This document shows positions 49,842 through 62,542 of a stretch of 64,000 nucleotides of DNA, piece after piece. Positions within the stretch are counted from its first letter, which is position 1. The number at the start of each line of letters is the position of its first letter. Made by a program: the position numbers and the translations under genes. The notes below the pieces were generated by a model. That model made no database searches, was not told where the DNA came from, and was given only the letters and a program-made list of their open reading frames with translations. The DNA is taken from NCBI GenBank assembly GCA_036785375.1, contig JAWMAR010000272.1:682001-746000 (forward strand). The letters are read 5' to 3'. Source of the stretch: Leucoraja ocellata. Taxonomy: Eukaryota.

Positions 49842-50164
49842 GGGCAACACGGTTGCGCAGCAGTTAGAGTATGGCCTCACAACTCCAGAGACCCAGGTTT
49901 GATTCTGACCTCGGGTGCAGTCCGTGTGGAGTTTGCACGTTATCCCTGTGACTCAGTGGGTTTCCTTCTGGTGCTACGGTTTCCTCTCATGTCCCAACGA
50001 TATGCAAGTTTGTATGCTAATTTTTGCGCTGTGAAAATGCCCCTAATGTGTAAAAAATGAATGAAAAAGTGGGATACCATGGAACTAGTGTGAATGGGCG
50101 ATTGATGATCACCATGGATTCAATGGACAGAAGGGCCTATTTCCGTGCTGTATCTCAAACTAAA
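49842..50164 (+). mobile_element. Full-length HE1/V-SINE-type SINE
   Basis: gggcaacacggttgcgcagcagttagag head; gtccgtgtggagtttgcacgtt domain; gaagggcctatttccgtgctgtatctcaaactaaa tail. Confidence 0.82.
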
Positions 50165-50925
50165 TATACCAGAGGATACAGGCGTGGCCAAAAGACTGGT
50201 GTGGAGAATTTCTCTGCATTTGTGAAAAAGTAGCAAAATATTTGGAAATAAACTTTAAATAGAATCAAGTCTCTACATAGAATGCCTCAGTGGCTCAGCA
50301 GATAGTACTGCAGGGAAATTGGTTCAATCCTAACCTCTGGTGGTGTAGATTCGGAATGTATACGTTCTTTCTGTGCATGAGTGGTTTCCTCCAGATGTTC
50401 CAATTTCCTCCCTCATCCCAAAAATGTGCAGGTTGTTGTATTAATTGGCCACTGTGTAGGTGAGTGATTGAATCTGGGGGTAGTTGATGAGACAGTGGGA
50501 AGAATACAATGGGATTAAGTATGATGGGTGTAAATGAGTAGTTGAGTTGGTTGGTGGGCTGAGGCCCAATTTCCGGATATTTTTCTGACACTATGATTCA
50601 TAATTCCAGTGATCAGAGTTTGATCTCCTGTTAATATAGAATATGATGGTCACCTGGTTTCCACAGCATCTCAAAGACAAGTTGGTATGTAAATTGGCTT
50701 CTGCAAGTTAACCCTGGAGTAGGTGGATAGTAGGATCATCAGGGGAAACCTCAGGACACCATCTCCCACCATCTAGTTATCTGTGAACCCCATAGTATTA
50801 ATGCTGGAATTTGAGAATAGTAATACTGTTGATTATCGAGGAGAAATGGGTGGACATTTTATTCACACCATCTGTAAGGTGTGGATTAATCAATCCGAAG
50901 CAGATGTCCAAACCTTCAGCATATG

Positions 50926-51102
50926 CATAGACACAAAATGCTGGAGTAACTCAGCGGGTCAGGGAGCATTTCTCGTGAGAATGGATAGGTGACGTTTCAG
51001 GTCGGGACCCTTCTTCAGACACAGCCCGAAATGTCACATATCCATTTTCACGAGAGATGCTCCCTGACCCACTGAATTACTGCAGCATTTTGTGTCTATC
51101 TT
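50926..51102. mobile_element. Palindromic Penelope-derived terminal-repeat element
   Basis: atagacacaaaatgctggagtaactcagcgggtcagggagcatttctcgtgagaatggata...tatccattttcacgagagatgctccctgacccactgaattactgcagcattttgtgtctat; the minus strand holds CUGAAGA-A-GGGUC-CC-GACCU-GAAAC-GUC. Confidence 0.8.
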
Positions 51103-54100
51103 TGGGATAAAGATCTTTGGTATACAGTTCTTTTTTTTTATTACACTTCAGCATATAGCATGGTTTTCATCATTCACTGATGTAAGACAGTATTTGCTTT
51201 TGTTTCTCAGCTAGGTAAGTAGTGATTAGCCACATCCTTACAATATATTCAGAGATAAACTATTTTCAATGCTTCCTTTTTTTCACCCATTTTTTCTTTA
51301 ATTCTACAATTCATTCTAAATAGTCTGGATTTTGTGGCAGGAGCTCAGTATTTCATCTATTATTCCTTGAACCTTTAGAAAATATCCATGTTGGCAAACT
51401 ATTTTTATGCGGCCTCTGCTCTACCAAAGTGAAATGAAATTAATTCCGTTCTGCTTGAGAGTCTCTGTCATCCTCCACACCAAGTAACTGCAAGTTATTT
51501 ACAACTGATACCAGCCACACCTCACCCCACCACCATTTGCAATGAGCCAGAGGCAAGGTTGGGAGCCATCAGCGTCAGGAAGAACGGTCCAGACATGGTT
51601 GTAGCCATGGTGACTGATGGACAACAACTAGGCATCTTTAAATCTGTTGTTCAATCACAGATTCTGTGATGAAACAGAAACATTCCTCAAAAACTGCAAG
51701 CATTCCACTGTAGAGGCACCTGAGCAGTTTTACTCATCAACTGAGAAAGGATTGTTGTAAAAGCAGAGCAGCTTCAAATCCCAAACCATGTCTGGAATGG
51801 ATAGTACCTGTCAGTAAACAAATCATTTGAAAATCCTATATATTGCTCATCTATAACGCTGAAGCAATGTTTCCAAAGACATTTGGAGAGTAGAACTTCT
51901 AGCTAGAGGCCTTTTCCCTCCTCTTTCAGCCTCTACTGGTAATGCAGTCATAGAGCCATGCAGCACAGAAACATGCCCTTTGGCCCAATTCATTCATGCT
52001 GAACAAAATATCCTATCTAAGCTAGTCCCATTTGCTTGTGTTTGGCCCATATCTATCTAAACCTTTCCCATCCATGTAGTTGTTCAAGTGTCTTTTAAAT
52101 GCTATTATAAGGCCTACCCCAACCACTTCCTCTGGCACTTGTTCCTTATACTTGAAAGCCAACACGTTCCAATACGCCAAAGCCTGTGGGCTCTCCGCTC
52201 CACCTGCCTTCAGCATTGAGGCCCAGCAGGCATCAGAGGTTCAAATGTATGGTTAATGATACCTCAACATTTTGAAACATCAGACAGACTTTGAGACTCA
52301 GAATCCTGGCAAGTGATGCCAGCACTCAACTCTTGGAGTAAACGCAGTGTGTTTCCACAAAATGGATTTCCACACTTGGGTTCAGTACAGAATCAACCTA
52401 TTGAAAGTTTCACTTGTGAAAGGTTAGATTGAACTGTGTAGGATGAGAATCACGGGGAACACCAGTTGGACAAAGACCTACAAGAATTGAAACAGGAGGA
52501 ACATTTATCATGGAAACTTACTGATCTAAATTCTGTCTCCTTGCATCTGAACGTATCCTGGAGCTTTGGAGTGATACTCCAGAAACATGAATTTTAATCC
52601 AATCCCATGATCTGGGAATATAAATTCAATATTATTTATCCAGAATAAAAATCTGTTTTCCATAATTGTAACCATGAAACTACCAGATTGTAAAAATAAA
52701 ACAATTGTTTTGGTAAGCTCCTTTAAGAAGGAAGTCTAGTATTTTTACCTACTTATGATTCAAGGCACAGAACAATGTAATTCACTTTTAAATCAAATGA
52801 CAAAAAACTATTTGGTTCAAAGGCAAAAGGGAATGGACAACAAACACAAAGCTGGCTAATGATGTCGCCTCCCAATGAATGAATGAATGAAACAAAAATT
52901 AAAAAGTTGAACTGGCAAGGATTCGCCCATATAGCACCTATGATAAAGCAGGGCAGCTGGAGACAATAATATCTAGATCAAAGTTTAAGAGTGATTATTG
53001 ACATAGGTTGAAAACTCAGGATTTGAATAAAGAACCTGCAGGATATGACACATTCAGAAAAGGCAGAGATGATAAAAGGGACAGACTCAGTACCAATAAA
53101 AGGAATCCATCTGAATCCAGTCATGAAAAAGATTTTATAAAAGGTCAATTAAAATAATCTGCAGGCACTCTAATAAAGGAAGCAAGCAGAGAAAGAAAAT
53201 GCAAATCCCATGATTATGACACCAGAATTAGTTGGCATGAAAAGGTAGGCAATGAGGCAGAAAGAGTGCACAGGACTACTTCCTAACCAAATAGATTTTA
53301 AAAAGTCAACAAAGAATTTACACAGAGATTAGAAATAAAAGCACAGGAGTAGTTAAGTAACAGAGACCACAATATCATTTGATTTAATAAGTGAGAAGGA
53401 CAAGTATGATGAAGACCAAAGTATTGAATTGGAGAAAGGACAATTTGAGAACTTGGGAAAATAAAATGTACAAAAGTATTGGCAAACGATTTCAAACAGC
53501 AGGGTAAATCTGACCCTTTTGATCTGTCCAGGAAAAATATATTCAATGAATAAACAAGAATAAATTAAACTGTAATGAGACTCCATGAATAAACAATGAC
53601 ATAAGAAAAAGATTGAATGTTTCAAAGAAGCTTATGCTAAGTGTACTAACTGTGTTTGGATGAGTATGTTAAAAGAACTAAATTAGGAAATAAATCGAAA
53701 TACAACTGAAAGGGCAAGAGGAACTATGAACATAAGGAATATAACACAAAATAGTAACACAATATTTCATGTTTATATAAATGTAAATGGATTAGTCACG
53801 GCAGGAGTAAAGTTATTAGCAAATGGTTCCAATGTAATCATTGGCTGAGAGGCAAGAAACTTTTGGATCCATATTTAACAAGAGGTCAGATAAGCGAGAC
53901 ATGATAGTATTAGATGAGATTATCAATAATATACATAGAATATAAAGCAGAGACAGGCCTTTTGGCCCATAATGTCTGTGCTGAACATAATGCCAAGATA
54001 AACTAATCCCTCCCACTTGTTCATGATCCATATATCACCATTCCCTGCATATGCATGTGTTATCTAAACGCCTTTTCAACGTCACTATTGTAATTGCCTC

Positions 54101-55771
54101 CACCGCCATCCCTGTCAGGACGTTCCAAGCACACAGCACCCTCGGTGTAAAATAAATAGTCTGCACATCTCCTTTATACTTTGCCCCTCTTACTTTAAAC
54201 CTATGCCCGATAGTCTTGGACATTTCCACCTTGACTGTCTTCCCTATCTATACCTCTCAAAACTGTATATACTTCTATTAGGTCTCCCCTCAATTTCTGG
54301 CGTTCCAGAGAAAACAATCCAAGCTTCTTCAATTTCTTCCCGTAGTTAATACCCCCTAATCCAGGCATCATTCTAGTGAACCTCCTCTTTGTACATCTCC
54401 ACATTCTTCCTGCATTGGAGCAAGCCGAACTGCAAACAATACTCAATATGCAGCCTATCAAGTGTCAGAGAGTTGCATCATGACTTCATGTCTCCTATAC
54501 TCAATGCCCTGACCAATGACGGCAAACATACAATAGACCTTCTTTACCATTCCATCTACTTGTATTGCCACTTTCAGGGAGCTATGAACTTGGATCCCTA
54601 GATCCACCTGTGCATCAATCTGTTTAGAATCTAGCCATTAACTGTGTGCCTTTCCCTTACATTCGACCGCCTAAATGCTCACAGTTGCTTGGATTAAACT
54701 CCATCTGCTGTTTCACCAGCCATTTCTGTACCTGATCTATATACTGCTGTGTACTTTGACAGCCTTCCTCACTGTCTGCAACTCCAGCAATCTTAGTACC
54801 ATCTGCTAACTTATGGATGGCTCAATTTTAATCATGTATTGTCTTTCCGCTGACTGGTTAGCACACAACAAAAGCTTTTCACTGTATTTTGGTACACGTG
54901 ACAATAAATTAAACACAACATCTCCATTATATAATTTATATATCACAAACAACAAAGTTCCCAGCAGTTCTCCGCAGGACCCCACTGGTCACAATTCTCC
55001 AACCAAACACTCAGGACCACACCCTCTATCATTGATAAGTAAGTGCATCTTCAAACCTCGTGCATCTTAAACTTCTAGCTCAATCTAACATGGAGGACTT
55101 TATCAAATGTTTTGTTAAAATCTATGTAAACTACATCCACTGTCCCACCTTCATCGAACATCGATGTAATCTCCTTACAACACCCGATCAAGGTAGTAAA
55201 ACAGGATCTGCTACATACAAAGCCACGCTGACTATCTCTAATTAGTCAATTTTCTTCCAAAAGCCAGAAAGTCCTATACCGCAGAGTCCGCTTCAATAGA
55301 TTCCTGACCACTGACATGAGTCCTGGAACCCCCAAAATTCTCTCTCTTCCCTTCTTAAAGAAAGGAATAGCATTGGCTACTCTTCAGGCCTCTGGGACCT
55401 TATTTGTGGCTAGAGAAGATGCAATGAACTTCATCAAAGTTCCAGCAATCACCTCTCTTAAAAACCTCAGATAGTTTCTATTTGGCCTTGGGAATTTATC
55501 CACCTCAATGCTCTTCAAGAGCCCCAACACAACTCCTTCATCTCAATGTCCTCCATGTCCTTCTCCTTGGTGAATGCAGATGCAAATTACTCGTTTAGTA
55601 TCTCTGAGTGCAAGCACAAATTCCAACCTTTATTCATGAGTGGTCTTACCTTCTCTCTTGTTTCTAATGTATGTTTAAAAAGCCTTTGGATTTTTTAATC
55701 TGACTCACTAAAGACACTTCATGGCCCCTTTTGCCCCTTCTAATAGCCCACTTGAGTTCCTTCCTATTTAC

Positions 55772-55839
<68 letters not shown>
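55772..55839 (+). repeat. (TCTA)17 microsatellite at the Helitron 5' end
   Basis: Direct reading. Confidence 0.95.
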
Positions 55840-55840
<1 letters not shown>

Positions 55841-56050
55841 TATATATATAAAACTGTGTGGCGGCCGGCTGGCTGTGTGTGTTTCTGCCTGGCTTGTGGC
55901 TGCCAGCCTTTGATTCGTTGCTACGCCAACACCCGACCCAGAAACACCCTAATTTTTTCCATTTCGGTAGAGGTTTCACTTTTCATTCCAAGTATCCACT
56001 CCTCATTAAATGTTGTTGTGTTTATGTACACTTTTTTAATCAAATCCTTC

Positions 56051-56081
<31 letters not shown>

Positions 56082-56281
56082 ACTCAGTTTGTCGCCTCCT
56101 GCTGGCCAGCGACCATAACGGCTGCTGGCACCTGCATCTCGCCTCAAAGACGCCATTTAAAAACAGCCGCACTGCTGATTCCTGAGCCGCTTGAGTTGGA
56201 GAACCACATCTCCCGTGGGGGCTACGGGTAGGGAATGGCTGCGTTGGGGGAGCAGACCCAACGGGTCTGCACTTGGTCTAG
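55772..56281 (+). mobile_element. Non-autonomous Helitron
   Basis: 5' TC(TA)-type start; 3' hairpin GCAGACCC-AAC-GGGTCTGC (56252-56270) 7 nt before terminal CTAG (56278-56281), followed by T; no TSD; CpG-rich; 30-nt poly-C at 56052-56081. Confidence 0.78.
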
Positions 56282-57679
56282 TATTCCTTAAAGGCCAAGT
56301 CTGATTTCATCTTCCTAAACCTTATTGATGCTTCCTTTTTCTTTTTAACTAAATTTACAACCCATTTGGTCATCCAAGATTCTCTTACCTTGTCATTCTT
56401 ATCTCTTATTGGAACATGCCGATCTTGAACTTTGATCAACTTGCTTTTAAATGACTCCCACACATCCTATTAATTACATTGTAATCTGCCTTACTCATAT
56501 TTAGTACCTTTCCCGAAGGCCCAGACTTATCCTGGTTCAAGATAATCTTAAAACTTATGGATCACTTGTGATCACTATCCCCAAAATGCACTTCAACTAA
56601 ATCTCCAGTCACCTGGTCGGGCACATTTCTGCACACCAGGTTCTGTATGGCCCCTCCTTGAGGTGGACTAGCTACTGTACATACTGTTTTAGGAAATCTT
56701 CTTGAATATATCTAATAAATCTGACCTGTATAAGCCTTTAGCATTGAGTACGACTGTCGAGATTGTGGAATTTTAAGTTAGCCATTACGACAACCCTGTT
56801 GCTTTTGCATCCTTCCATACTCTGCCTGCATATCTGCTCCTCTAGCTCCTGCTAGCTATTGCAGAGGCCTACAGTAATATCCCTTTGGAGTGATTATACC
56901 TTTTGTTATTTTTGAGCTCTGCCTATATTATATCAGCAGATGAACTCTTCAGTAGCTTTCTCTGAGCGCCACTTTGATGTCTCATTCAGCATTTCTATTA
57001 CCTCCCTCTCTATCTTGTCTGAAACATCAAAACCCTGGAACGTTGAGGTGCCACTTGCAACCAATTCTTCATAATGGCCACAACATCATAATTCCAAACG
57101 CTAGAACTCTAAAACTCCCCATCATCGATCCAGGTTCTAAATTCACCTGCTTCACTCATGATAATCCTTGCATTGAAGTAAACAGACTTGAAGCCATCAG
57201 TTTCACCATGTTCATTGATCTCTACCTTCCCATCAGTCCTTCCATTTGCTGACCTGTTCTGGTTCCGTATCGCCTGAAATTATAATTTAAACCATCCTGA
57301 GTAACATGAGCAAAGCTCCCTGCAGGATGTTAGTCCCCTTCCAGTTCAGGTGCAATCTGACCCTCTTGTACAGGTTGACTCTGCCCCAGTAAATATCCCA
57401 TGGCCCAAAAATCTGAATCCCTGCCCCATGCATCTCAACCACACATCCTATCCTTCTAGTCCTCTCCTAATCAGCACCTAGCACCGGGAGTAATCCAGAG
57501 ATTACTTCCCCCGAGATCCCGTTTTTTAACCTTTTGCCTAACTCCCTATATTTATTTCGCAGGATCTCATCCATTTTTCAGTATAATAGTATTTAAAATA
57601 GACCAAGAAGTATTAAACAAAACAATCACACCCAGGGCTGGATAGATTGATATGGTTTTATTTTGAAAGTAATCTCATA

Positions 57680-58745
57680 AAAGATAACAGGGTACTTTTA
57701 CGCGCATTTAATAATTAGTTAGTGCAGGGTGTGGTGCCATAGAACCGATAGGCATCTAAAGTAATATTTTATATTGAAGAAGTAAGCAAAATATGTCCAG
57801 TGAATTATAAGCCAGTTAATTTAAGAACATTGGAAGAGAAAATAACAGAATCCTGCCCAATAGAGAAATAAGAAACACCAAGAAATAAAAATATATAATA
57901 ATTTAAACTAAATTAAAACATGGAAAATCATGCTTGACAGACATCACTAAACTGTTAAAAAGGAAACAGATAACAAAGTTTGTCATAAAGGTATCCAAAT
58001 TTACAAATTAACTCATTAATAGACAAATGAAAAAGGACACAAAGTGCTCAAGTAGCTCAACAGGCCAGGCAGCATCATTGAAGCACAGCAGGAATCACAA
58101 AGAGGGAGCAGTGAGAGAGGGTCTGACACAAGGAACTGCAGATGCTGCATGACCTGTTGAGTTACTCCAGCACTGTGTCTTTTTTTGACACAATGTATGC
58201 CAACTAATCGGAAGGAAAATGATAGAATTTAATAATAGAGAAGTTATGTAAACCTTATAGTGAACATTGGCCAGACCACATTTGGAGTACTATGTACATT
58301 CCATTGAACATCATATAAAAATGATACAGAATTGCCAAAAACATCCCAAAGATTGTACCAGATGGTATAAAATCTTGGAATGGGGGAAGTAGCGCTGGGG
58401 GGGATGGTGTGAGAGTGCCTTTACAGGGTGGATTTGAAGAGAATGGTTCCGCCTGAGGAGGAGCCTAAACCTAGGGGTTACTCTTTAAAAATAAGTGGTC
58501 ATCCATTTAAGGTAAACATGAAGCAATTTATTTTCTGTCAAAGAGGCATGAGACATTGGAATTATCTTTCTCAGAGAGGGGGTAGAAGCAAAGTATGTGA
58601 AGGGAGAGGTAGATAGATACTTGATAAGCAAAATTGGGAGGTATTGAAAGGTTACCACAGGTAGACTGGAATGTGGAACATTATTACAATTAGATCAACC
58701 ATGATCTGGGGCCAGGAGACTGACTACTTTTTCTAATGCATTTTT
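57680..58745 (+). mobile_element. Degenerate CR1 LINE with a nested Penelope-type inverted repeat (~58035-58190)
   Basis: ccagtgaattataagccagttaattta (NY.PV.L), ttggccagaccacatttggagtactatg (L.RPHLEY), aaacctaggggttactctttaaaaata. Confidence 0.6.
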
Positions 58746-60440
58746 GGAAATACCAAATTATGCCTGTCAGGAAATGATAAACACACTTGAAAAGTAATAA
58801 CTTAGAGAAGATTTATAAGAGATCTTTGAATTTATAAGATGTTTTATCTGGGTCCTAGAATTGAAGATGTGCTCTACTCAAGCTGTTACACTCCAGATAC
58901 CCCATTCACTACGGGCGAACATGGAAAATTGCCCAGATATGTCCAGTCCACAAAAGGAAAAACAATCTAATCATTCCAATTACTGCCTCATCATTATATT
59001 TTCAATCACAATTGAAGCACTGGAAGATGTTGTGTACACAGCTATCATGTGTCACATAAATAATCTTGTCACAAATGCTCACTTTAGGTTCTACTAAAAA
59101 TACTGACTCTGAAACACACTGCAGCCTTGATACAAAGATGCACACAAGACAATGGGTTACTAAGGTAAATCCAGTATGATCGCCATTAACATCAAAGCAT
59201 CATCCGATAGAGTTTTGCAAATAAATAACATGAGTGAAAAATAATTAATGAGTTTAATTAATTGAGATTAAATGACAAAGCTCGACTCATAACTAGCAAA
59301 CAAAAAAATGGCTGTGTTTGTGGAAGGTCAAACTTCTCATCTTGAGGACTTGTAGGAGTTCTTCAGAGAAGATTCCTAGGACCTTTAGCTTCGGCATCAA
59401 ACACATTCATTACAGAAAGCTAAATTGTTTCCGATATTTATGCAATGTTCAGAACTATACACATGTCTAATGAAGAAGGACCTGAACTTAAAAGTGAAAC
59501 GTAATGTTCATGAAATTTAAAATCCAGGCCACAGCCACCTCTGACAAAAGAGAGTCTGACCACCTCCCTTTGAGATTATTCTTATTTCAGGCCACAAATC
59601 CCCCTCTATTAACATTCTGGGGTACACCATTGGCAAAAAGATAAATGGAATACACACCAGCCACACTTAATGGCAAGAAAATGCCATTCTAGCTGCAACT
59701 ACAAGATCAGAGGCTGGGTATTAGCAGATCAACTGGAAGAAATGTTGTGGATTTCCAGACATGAGTCACCCTGGTTTGTATGTGAATTAGAAATGGTGGC
59801 ATCTCCATTCATCTGCTCTCTTTATCCTTTTTAGGTGGTGGACATCACAGATTTAGAAAGAAAAGCTAATGAAGCCTTGGTGAGTGCATGTTGTAAATGG
59901 TGTGCATGGCAGCAAGCATCACATTAGTGATAAATGTAGAATATTTAAGGAGGATAAATTGCCAATTGAGCAAGTTAGGTTTTTGAACAGCCTTGAGACT
60001 ATTGACTGCTTTTGCAGCATTGAAAGCAAACAACTAGCTTGAATGACATTTTCTTGTCACCAAGCAGTGTGATTGTATTGTGTGACAACATGCACTTAAA
60101 GAAGTTTCATCAACAGTACATTCCAAATCTGAAACATATACCAATTAAATGACAGATATACAATGCTGGAGTAAATCAGCGGTTCAGGCAGCATACCTGT
60201 TGAACGTGGATAGGTGACATTTTGGTTTGGGTACCTTCTTCAGATTGATTGTAGGGAGGTGGGAAAGAAAACTGAGAGAGAGGAGGGGCAGGACAGAGCA
60301 TGGCTGGTTATAGGTGAACACAGGCTAGGCGGGTATTTGATTGGCAGATTGTTGGACAAATGCCAGAGATGTGGAGACCAGAGATATAGATTGCTTGTGA
60401 TTCCAACCAGAAGTACAATGGGAGCTGAAGAACGGAAGTA

Positions 60441-60851
60441 ACATAGAAACATAGAAAAGAGGTGCAGGAGTAGGCCATTCAGCCCTTTGAGCCTGCACCG
60501 CCATTCAATATGATCATGGCTGATCATCCAACTCAGTCTCCTGTACCTGCCTTCTCTCCATACCCCCTGATCCCTTTAGCCACAAGGGCCACATCTAACC
60601 ATCTTAAATATAGCCAATGAACTGGCCTCAACTAACTTCTGTGGCAGAGAATTCCACAGATTCACCACTCTCTGTGTAAAAAATGATTTTCTCATCTCGG
60701 TCCCAAAAGAGTTTCCTCTTATCTTTAAACTGTGACCCCTTGTTCTGGACTTCCCCATCATCGGGAACAATCTTCCTGCATCTAGCCTGCCCAACCCCTT
60801 AAGAATTTTGTAAATTTCTATAAGATCCCCCCTCAATCTTCTAAATTCTAG
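60441..60851 (-). mobile_element. Young CR1 LINE 3' fragment
   Basis: LEFRRLRGDLIEIYKILKGLGRLDAGRLFPMMGKSRTRGHSLKIRG...RVVNLWNSLPQK; (catagaaa)n tail. Confidence 0.92.
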
Positions 60852-60893
60852 AAGATTAACATACAATCCTGACTTGGAAATATCTCACCACTT

Positions 60894-61123
60894 GGGACGG
60901 CACTGTGGCGCAGTGGTATAGTTGCTGCCTTACGGCGTCAAAAACCCTGGTTCGATCCTGACTACGGGTGCTTGTTTGTATGTAGTTTGTACATTCTAGC
61001 CGTGAACCGCTTGGGTTTTCTCTGGGAAGCCCCAGTTTGCACACACACATGTACAGGTTTGTAGGCTAACTGGCTTGGTATAAATGTAAATTGTCCCTAG
61101 TGTGTTTCTAGTATCTCTAAACT
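60894..61123 (+). mobile_element. HE1/V-SINE-type SINE (internally deleted)
   Basis: gggacggcactgtggcgcagtggtatagttgctgcc...ggttcgatcctgactacgggtgc (A and B boxes). Confidence 0.8.
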
Positions 61124-62149
61124 TTATAAAATGAATCAATGCTGCATCACTATAGGCTTAAAACTATGCCTCCATAGACCTCGCTATACCCTAGCACTGC
61201 TGGAGAATGTTTGCTAACAAGACCTTCAATAAACTGATACAATGTCACTCCAAGGTCAATTAGGGAAGGACATCAAGTTTTGGCCTTGTCATCAATGTAT
61301 ATAATTCAAGAAAAGAATATAAAACCATTTCCAGCATCTTTCCAGTTGGTAAGAGTAAACAAATAGGAATCACTTCACCCAGAGAGAAGGACACAAAACA
61401 TGTTCCCACAGGCTGTGATTGCGGATAGGACAGATGCATTTGAAGAGAGATTATGTAAACATTTGTGAGAGGAAAGAACATATAGTGTTAAATAATAAAA
61501 TATGTAAAGATACTCAAGGGAAATATAAATGTCAGCATTAAGGATTTGGCGAGGGCAGCCTGTATCTGGGATCTAGTTTACGCTCATTTATATAGCACTT
61601 TGGTTATTTCCAGCAATGTTCTGTTAAATGAAAAAAAGATCGAGGGAAGCATTTGAACACTGGGGGCCCTTTTACAGGCTATCCATGAGTGATTCGGGTT
61701 TGCATGAGAGGTGTAACTGATTCAAGTGAAAGCGTGAAATGAGAGAAAGTGAATCGTAAATGATACTTTTGACATGTTTGCTCAAGGACTCAAGCAAAAT
61801 CCCACTCTCCAATGGGGGATATTACATAATGATCAGCAGCAGAAATCCTGAGTAGATTTCCTTCCTATCCTGAAGCTGCTTATGGCAACTGGTACCTTTG
61901 TCAAGGTCAGTTACTGCAGTAGCAAACATGCAACTTTCAAGGTGGGTACCACTCACTCGTGCAATGAGGCATTAACCTATAAGTGAGATTTTATCTTACG
62001 TTTTTTTTACTTCAGTTAACTCTATTTTTCTTTATCACTTACTTTTAGCTTTTTTATTCTCTCGTTTTCTATATTAGTTTTGATCCAGATACATTTTACT
62101 TGTCCTTTTATTTAAATAGTCTCCTTAGTTTGCTCTTCACTTAATTAAA

Positions 62150-62542
62150 CTTTGGAAACTATATCACATTGTACTTGACAATAACACCTCATATTCCACT
62201 TGGATGGCTTATAACTCAATGGTATGGACATTGAATTCCCCAATTTCAAGTAATACCCCAACACCCCTCCTCCAAACCCTGCACTTTCTCCTGTCCCTAT
62301 CCCCTTCCCGGTTCATACACATGTATCCAGCTATCATTCACAATCCTAGTCAACCTGCTCCTTTTCCCATCCCCGTACACTCATCCCCCATCCCATTGAC
62401 CCATCTTTCCTTAAATCCCCTTTTCCTGCCCCCCTATCCCATTCCACCCATATCCCTCCATAGATGCTGGCCTGATCTGTAGAGTTCAGCCAGCAATTAG
62501 TTTTCTGCTCAAGATTCCAGCGTTTGCTGGTGTTTGTGTCTT
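62150..62542 (+). mobile_element. Degenerate Penelope-like 3' end
   Basis: acacctcatattccacttggatggcttataactcaatggtatggacattgaattc (HLIFHLDGL*LNGMDIEF), then a pyrimidine-rich UTR and the tagatgctggcctgatctg...gattccagc terminal repeat. Confidence 0.65.

Larger units (their letters stand above)
53935..57560 (-). mobile_element. Long (~3.6 kb) degenerate CR1 LINE with nested insertions
   Basis: Minus-strand remnants KLGLFSLERQKLRGDLIEVY, IGHRFKVRGAKYKGDV, MWESFKSKLIKVQDRHVP...ESWMTK, and endonuclease-like sequence toward 57.2 kb; interrupted at ~54815-54915 (Rex-type tail) and 55772-56281. Confidence 0.8.

Noticed and set aside
55721-56185. 154-aa ORF with SIYL repeats and poly-Pro
   Set aside because: Translation of the (TCTA)n and poly-C tracts of the Helitron.
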